From: Botryllus schlosseri
Lineage: Eukaryota
Assembly (NCBI GenBank): GCA_051294905.1
Contig: CM119385.1
Location: 16,058,001-16,122,000, forward strand
Length of the DNA stretch: 64,000 nt
Direction: 5' to 3'
Part shown: in pieces, positions 37,501-46,500 of the stretch
Layout of the letters: each line of letters opens with the position of its first letter
How positions within the stretch are numbered: position 1 is the stretch's first letter
Notes under the pieces: generated by a model
The model's database searches: none
What the model was told of the DNA's origin: nothing
Seen by the model: only the letters and a program-made list of their open reading frames with translations
Translations under genes and position numbers: made by a program

Positions 37501-40500
37501 TTATCCGCATTGTTCTTTGTGACAGCAAACCTGTGATCCCTTTATGGTTTTCCGGTAGTTTTCACACCGGACACCAGGTTTTCCTGCTGCGAGCCTACCT
37601 ATTTTCGTAGGCTTTGGCTGGTTCTTGACTGCATATCGCTTGTCGGCGGCTGGTAGTTCTAGCGTGAGCAGCCGATACGATTTGAGCCTGGACCTGCACG
37701 CATTGAGAGACCAGCGCTCTGACCGCTAAGCTACAACGGTTGTCCTAAAATTAATTCATATGGTGTGTTTCTGCTAGGAAAATGTGCTTGCAGACATGGG
37801 ATTTTCTCAGATTTCATTCACTAAAAGTGTAATGTATCCTACATTTCTGCAAGTAATACATACTGTAAAACAAAACGATCAGGAATACACACACTACTCT
37901 ACTGAAGTAGATACTCAACAGATACTTATGACACTGCACATGATATTAGCCGTGATGGAGTCATTGGACAGGCCGATACACAAAATCAATAACCGACGCG
38001 GATACTTCCACAAGGACATATATCAGTCAGACTATAATCAGTCCGCCTCGGCCGCCGAAAGGCTCGTGTGTCAAAATCTGTATTGTCGTCTCCAAAGTAT
38101 TCCCTGTTTGAATATTCTTCCAGATACTACTTTATTTGTGACAACTGGCTGGCTGTCGATGAGGATGACGGCAAAGTCGACCGTATATTACCGGTCGCGA
38201 CCGCTGAAAACATGACCACCACCCACCGGCTGTTCCTCACCACGACCAGTCAGAAATTCACCGAGGACCATTTGTGGATATCTGTGAGAGCAAAATTGCG
38301 TACGCGAAAAATCTTGATTCCACAGCGAACATTAAACTGTTGCAGATATTTTATCGGCCGACCAAAAGCGACTTTACCAGGGTGCAGCGGCTGTCGTGCT
38401 GCGTGCTTTTGCTGTTTTTGACCATGATCGCGAACGCAATGTGGTTCGAAAGCGGGCAGCGGTCTGGGGCTAGCGCCACTTCGACTTTGAACGTGGGACC
38501 CTTTACGTAAGCGCCTCGACTCGAATCTGGCTGCTGATGTTCAGATACGATAAATATGGAATACGGAAAAGTTTAGTTCAAAATACCGGCTGACCTGAAA
38601 TTTCGTATATTTTCTTCTCTGCTACTGGTTACGTGACTATTTTTTGGCATTTCTTTTGGCAGAAACCAAAGCTTTGTCACCATACCTCAACTGATCATTT
38701 CTTTAAACACGAGCGAGTCTAATGGAGCCAATGCTATTTCACATCTATGATTGTACTTTAACCGAACTACTGGCGTCTTTGTTATTAGTACGGAAGTAAC
38801 GACATAACGTACTGATTTAAAAGTTCACGTCCAACCCCTTGTCGTAGGATTTCGCCGATACAGCTTTGGACAAGCTTCTGCAGCACACTGATGGTCGTGC
38901 CGGTCGTAACATTAGTTGTTACGCTGTTCAAGAAAGCGAAGACTAAAAAACAGGAGGAATTCGACATCAAAGCCAAGAGAAGGAGGGAGCGTGCGTTGCA
39001 AAAAATAAAACGCAAGTGTAGTTTTCTGTACCATCACGCCCATAGAACACTCTATTGAACACGGGAATCACCCTCAGACGTATGAAAAATATGTATTTAT
39101 GCAAGGGACAGGTGATGAATAAACTCACCTATCGTATTGAATGCAAAATTCACGTCTTACATTTGATCATAGAATTTCGACCATATAGCGTTGATCTCTG
39201 GTGGCACTGTTTTCAAATCTGTATTAACACAGGGCTGTGGAGTTGGAGTTTTGTGAATTTTCTCATGATGAAGTCAAACCAACCGAATCTTGTAACACCC
39301 TTCGGAGTTGGAGTTTGCGACTCTGAATTCCATCTACTCTAACATGAAACCAAATGTTCACAAATTCACTAAAAAAGTGTAGTTGCGGAAGTGAGCTAGT
39401 TCTTTAGGAACCTAATTTTTTTTGCAGGCACAATTTTCTTTAATACAGATAACATAGTTTGATACAAATTGTAATACTAATAACTAGAAATCAGGGTTGT
39501 AATGACTTGAGTCTTGATTTTCTGATGACTCGACCGGACTCCAGTCCTTTTATCAAAACACGGAAATGATTCGAGTTGATTTGTGTATCGACTCGACTTG
39601 GACTCGAGTCATTGCGCATGACTCGAACCAAGTCATATGACTCGAGACTCAGACAGCCAAGACCGACATTTCATTCTAATTCCGAAGAAAGGTAAAGTAA
39701 CCACACTATTGCGATTTCGTCTATTGGTACTGGTACTTGAAAATGCGAACAGAAACTGCTTAATGTGAGGAAAATGATTATATTATAAATGCGAACCATT
39801 CAATATCACCAAGTAGAGTTATAAAAAGTCGGTGTAACAAGACTTTAACTGGAAACAGAGCAGAGCGAGCAGTCAACGCAATGACTTGGAGTCGGACTCG
39901 AGTCATAACACCATGACTGGGACTCGACCTTCTGCTCGCTGACTTGGACTCGGTGGTGAATTGAAAATGACTCGAGTTGAAACTAAAAAAGTGAGATTGA
40001 CTTGTGACTCGGAGCCTTGTGACTTGGTTACAGCCCTGCTATAAATGTAATGAACATATAGTTTTCTGGGGATATTTACAAGACTGTTGAAGTCGACACT
40101 ACTAAGATAATAAAGTGAACCGACTCCACAGCCCTGACTGACACCAACATAAACCCTTACATCTCTCTCTCTCGTGCGCACTTCCAGTTGAACTGTAGTT
40201 ATTCTCAGGACGCCGACACGACAATGCATCCACTTTACCGAACCCCTCGGACATTATCGGAAAAGATGCAGTCTACACCATCGACGATACTGGCAAGATA
40301 GAGGCGAAAGCAAAGACGCAGCGAGTAGTGCCACCGCCGCCCAACACCTGGCCGCACAAATGCGTGTACGTCGCCTGGACGCTGGTCACTCTGGGTGTCC
40401 TACTGTCTGCGTTCTTTGCGATCCTGTACAGCTTCGAGTGGGGCCGAGAAAAGGCGGACCGGTGGCTGAGCAACATGATGCTGTCGTTTTGGCAGTCCGT

Positions 40501-43500
40501 GCTGATCGTGCAGCCAATCAAGGTGGGCAGGAAATTTGGGGTTTGTAGTTCGTTGTTGAGAAGAGCTTGCTATGAACTTGCCAACATTGATGGTGATTGT
40601 CAACTGTGTGCTTCGACAAAGCCTAGGTATGCAGAATCATACATGCCCTGAGCATTTGCAATTGGTGGACGGTGATATTGGAAAAGATAATACTTCTCGA
40701 TGAGGATAAGAAAGAACACTACACCTAAAATTTGTGACGATGTCCCGGTTTGTGATATTTAATGCGTTTCGTTTAGGTGATTATTTTGTCGCTGTTTGTG
40801 GCGATCGTTCTGAAAAAGCCAGACGAGCGTGTCATGGACTCGGTGCAGGACAGAGACGTGGAGGAGGCGGACAAAAAGTTTCTGGACGTTTGCGCGGAAA
40901 ATATCGGTGAGTCCCGTCAACCCGAGAATGGCTTTGCTTGCGTTTGACTCGGACGTTTCTTCTTTGATAAATACGTCAATGTTAGGATTGTGCAACTGCG
41001 ACTAGAACCTGACCGATGTTAAAAATTTGATGCTGATCTCACATATTTATCTACTATTAACCCTACAGAATCGATGTCAATCGTCGGATGATAATATTCT
41101 CCCCTAAAGTTACGACCCGATTTGAAATCAATTTCTTTTAGAATCGGAAATCCAACAAAACGAAATCGTTCCGCCGAAGCCGCCGAGTCGTAAACGCTTG
41201 CGTAGGACCAGAAAACTCCGAGCGAAAGAACGCGCCATGTCCGACATCGTGTGGGAAGTGATCGTGTACATGTTTTACATTTTGGTCCTGCTGTTCTTGT
41301 GCCACGGAAGCCGCGACTCCAAAGGGTTTCGTATCACAGACTCGATAAAAAAGACTTTCGTGGACCCAAAGTTCGGTTTACAGTCCGTGAGTATCGGTCG
41401 AATACCCAGCTTCACGTGCAGTCGGCAATAAATCAACGTATTCGACTGCTAGTGTTCAAAAATGGACGGTGCATTGCAGTTTTTCTTCCTGTACTGTTTC
41501 TATATAAGATTGTATTCTAAGTAGCTTACTTGCCTGTCAACCTACTTTATCAAATAAAAATACATGCTGTCCCGATCCACTATCATGAAAAGCTTACAGA
41601 GATGATAGTATTCTTCGCTGTATCTTCCTGAGTCGGTTGCAGAGATGCAAGCTGTCATTTTGCTATCATTTTAGGCTTTTGGTAAAAGTAATTTGGCGTC
41701 CCGATCTACCGACAAAGGGTATGCAGCATGCACACAATAACATTATTCTTTTTACGTCCCATTTGGTCACTCTATTCAGGTTGACAGGCTGTTGAGATTT
41801 TCAAAGAAACTGCATATACAATGCAGCAGTGCATAGTCAATTTTGCTCGTGGTGAAGCTAGTTGATATCAAAACGATCAAAACATAGCCCTCACTTGAAT
41901 CGGAAATATGTCCTTGCGGAGCTGCAGTGATCATTAAGCGTTCACACTGTCACAGGCACGACGTATTACACATTAACAATCGCAGGTCACGTCGGTCGAA
42001 TATTTCTGGAGATTCATGAACGTGACCTTGCTGCCGAACCTGTACCCGGTCGAATGGTACAACGGCAACAGAAAGACGTGGCGCGAAAGAAGCTTTCTCG
42101 TGGACGAGCAGTCGTATCGCGTCGGCCCGGCCCGACTGCGGCAAGTCAGAGTCGACCCGTGTAAGGGAATAGCTCTGTTTTTACATAGTCCTCGGTTAAT
42201 TTAAAATATTTTAAAAATATTGACTCCTTGATGAAACCAGTGATTTTCGAGTATAGGTGGTGATGATTTAAGACTTCTTCGACCATCGCTTGATAATTTT
42301 CATTTTTCAGGTAAAAGCTGAAGCTAGAATACATTTTACTTACTCAGAAATCGCAACTCTCTGGTTTTTCTTGAGTAGGAATTTATGACACTCTTTCTAC
42401 TTTTTCTTAACAGCTTTCAGTTTTTAAGATAAAATGAACCAAGAATATCTACTTTTTTACTTGAAAATTGCTATTTCTACTTGTACTCAAATGTAAATTT
42501 ACGCCGTTACTTTTACTCTTCTACTTTAACTTGAAAAAAATTTCCATTACTTATAGTTGATATATTCACTGAATGTGCACAGTTGAAATGTGTCCCCCTA
42601 CTCTGTGCCTTATACTGTGTCACGATTTTCAGCCGCATGCCCTCATAGTAGTCCCGGTCAAGAGGAATGCCGTCCGCACTACGCGTTATACCGCAACGAC
42701 GACTTGGACTACGAACCGGGCTGGGTCCAGTCCTCATTGTTGCCTCACGATCAAAGGACCGACGATGAAGACGTCGATGACTTTCTGGCAATGGCGTGGA
42801 AATATCGGTCGTGGATTGAATTGAAAGGCGTGCCCGTGCTGGGCGGGGTCACGGCGTATCCGGGAGGCGGATACTGTGCCGAGCTCGGAGTCAACTACGC
42901 GGTGAGGATTTACTCAGATTGTCATAGTGTTTTCTATAAAAGGAAGAAAATTGCTCTAAATTATGTTCCAAGTCTCTTCCGATTATTTTGTATTAGAATT
43001 TTAAATTGTAAGTGCGAAAGTTGCAAGTATATTCCTCGCTATTTGTCGTTTGGTTTAAGTCGTGAAGACGCATATTGCGATTTTGGAAACCATCGCCAGT
43101 GATTGACTATCAACACTTCGCGACGCCATGTCCCCTCTTGAAACTTACTTACTTGGGTAGTTTTTAAATGTTTCGTTTTATACCATTTACTTGAATTAGC
43201 TGGACATGTGATGATGATAGGTATTACTGCTCCTAGTTGATTACACTTGTACATGAAGTAGCTTGGCCTGTCTTGAGAACAGCAACTTGTAATTGAGTAC
43301 TTCTAAAGTAGCTTAATAAGCTTGGAATGAATTGAGAATAGCAGCTGCGTCTTCTTATTGAGTAATTCTACTTGGAGTCGAAGTAGTTGGCATGTCTTTA
43401 GAATAACTATTTCTCCTTTCAGTTGGGTACTTGTACTTTAAGTAGCCTGCCTGGATAATAGCTTCCTCTAACTCTAATCGAGTTCCTGGATCTCTGCTTG

Positions 43501-46500
43501 AAGTACCTTGACGTGTCTCGTGTATAGCTACTACTACTTCAAATCAGATAACAGTCCATTTGCTACAGTCTGGAAAGTTCATCGCGGATTCCTTGTACCG
43601 GGACGCGTGGATCGATCATCGCACCCGGGCGGTTTTCATCGAGTTCACCATTTACAATCCGAACGTGAATCTCTTCACGACGATCAATCTGATGGCGGAA
43701 TTTCCACCAGTGGGCGCCGCCATGCATTTCACGAACGTCGTCACGTTCCGGCTGTATCACTACATCGGCACGTACGGCACTTTGGTGGTTTTGGCCCAGG
43801 TATGGTGTTTTCAGTGGCAGTGTACAGCGGGTTTATGCGACCTTTTTGAAAAGCGGGCCAATAAACAGCACGCCATTAGCAAGCATTCTATGAATTGAAA
43901 GGTTCGTCATCTCGTAGGAATTGCATCTATATACAGTGTCATTGGTCAAAGCGACTATCTCCTAGCATAATTTCCTTTTCTGAAACTCACTTCAACTTCT
44001 ACTTCTAATTGAGTAACAATACTGACTACTTCGATCATCTGTGCTCAAATGAACAGCTCTGTTTCTGGATTTTCCTACTTCTACTGCCGAACTTTAGATT
44101 TGCCTTTAACCGGCAGGCGATCTTTGTAATCCATCTTCTCTACGCGACGTACAAGAGCATCAAGACGTTGATCGCGACAAAGAAGAAATTTGTCCAAGAT
44201 CTTTGGAATATTTTCGAAGCGATCATCCTGTTCTTCGACTGGACGATAGTCGGACTGACGGCTTTGCGGATGGTGCTTACGAATAAAACGATCGACTCTT
44301 TTCACGAAGATAAAAGTATGGTTTAAAAGCAATGTGACTTAATGTAAAATCCGTGATTTAATCTCATCAAAAGCTTCGTCTGAATATTTTTAAACATTCA
44401 AGTAAGCCGAATCTATATCAAGAATCGATGATATATTGCAGCAATGGAGAGCCAAAAACTAGTAAAAGACTTGGATTCTAACTTTACGTCCATCTCTAAT
44501 TGAGCTTTACTAGCAATGGGATGTATCCAAATTCATGGAAACACCAGGCTCTAAGCCATAGCCGGCAATTGTTGCATATTTGATAGGGTTGAATATTATT
44601 AGGGAATCATTTCAAGTCATTGCTTATATCTGTAATGCAACACGTCTTTACCTTATGCGTGATTGTGATTGCCTGGCATTGAAGCACCCCATTTTATAAC
44701 CCAAATCTTGCCCGAATCTTACCCATAGCCCCAACCTAAAGTTAGCGTTAACCCACATGCTATAGTGTAGCGTGCTCACGTGCCTACCAGGGAAAAGCAC
44801 ATATTGGGATGTACATCTAGTTTGTGAAGTTGTATTTGGATGTTGATTTTCTATCAATTTATAGTTTTCATACGACTTAATAGAATTTCAGACTCGAACT
44901 CAATCTCTGATGTCCACAGACCCTCACTCACAGTGGTGGCTTTTGGGGTGGGCGAAGTGGGCGGTCGCCCGGGGCCCCCTCTTTGGTTAGTAGAGGTAGT
45001 TTTGATGTATAGTCTATTATTGCATATAATAGATATGACCTGTTCCAGCGCCTGGCTCAAACCTTCACGTGGTGTGCTGGCTCATTACTAATGACAGCCG
45101 ATAGCTTTCCAGATTAGTGTGGGTCTATTTAGCCTGCAGCAGTTTTATCGCTATTTCACGTTACGTGCCATACATCTTCAGCATGAAAGCATTAGCTATA
45201 GTTAACTGGTTCACTTTTTTTTTTATAATTTTACAATGTATGATAAAAGTAGGCTCAGGAGTTTAAAGCAGTTCAATATTCCAGCCTGTTTCAATGCCGT
45301 GTTCTTATGTCAAATACACATCAAGTAATCTCATATCATATGGTTCACTAATAGTGAGTTGGTGACAATAGATGCGCAAGGGGGGTCTGCCCCCCAGAAG
45401 CTGCGATTACATACTTATAGGGGCCATCCGGAAGTCTCGCCCAGCCCCCCCCCCAATCATAGGGCCACCACTGCTCACTCATATCATGACTGTAGATCAC
45501 ATCGCAGATGCATATTCCTAGGAAAATACGTCAACTTTCAACAAGTCACCGCCGTCGACACGATGGTCGGATACTTCCTGGCGCTGTCCGCGTTCATGGG
45601 CATGCTGAGATTTCTGAAGCTGCTCCGTTTCAACAAGAGAATCGGAATGCTGTCGTCTGTGCTGAAATACAGTGCGCGGCAGTGGCCCGGGTACTTTGTG
45701 CTGGCGGCCGTGTTCTTCATCTCGTTCATCCACGTCGGGTGAGTAATTAGAGATGCCGTCAGTCTAGCAGCATCGCTGGAGCGAGCTTGTCGTTTTGAGT
45801 TACCTTCTTTTACTTTTCATTCAGTGTACACGCCTCCTCTTTACATCTCCTGCCCTAGACCAAGATTGGTGTCTGATCTGAAAGACTACTCCAAGTCGTT
45901 TTGACACCTTCCTATCTCTTGATTGAACCACAGTTTTGTGGTGTTTTCAAATGATGAAATTCCTAATGAACTGATATTTTTACTGTTATTGATATTCTTC
46001 CGATTATCTTAAAATCTGGATTTCATCCCCAACTTGGCAGACAAAAATAATTCTTAAATATGCATTGCAATAATATATTCAAATTCATATATTCAATAGA
46101 TTTCAAGTAAACAATCGTCCGCAAATGTGAAATTTCAATAACTCATGTACAATTTCTTATAATTCATGACTTACCGACTATTGCCCGTGAAAGTTCTCCG
46201 ACCCAAATAGACGCTACAAAATTAGTCTTTGATACATCATATTATCTGACATAATCCGCAATTAGGCCTATATAGACATAACTTTTGTTTATGCTTAGGT
46301 AGTTAGGCACCATGTTCTCATGTCACGTATTCAAATGTCGACAGGAGTAGCATTTGATTCGGAAGGTTGTTGCTCCAGCATGGCATCTTTGCATGTCACT
46401 ATATAAGCAAGTCATTCCCTGCGAATGGCATTCTGTGGCCTTCTTGAAATGTATAGTTAGTCTTGTGTCCAGTGCTTTCCAACCTTTTTCAGTTTGCAAC

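Noticed and set aside
37660-37740. Functional tRNA gene
   Set aside because: B-box is degenerate (GGCTCAAATC), and no acceptor-stem closure or poly-T terminator was seen; better explained as a SINE head.
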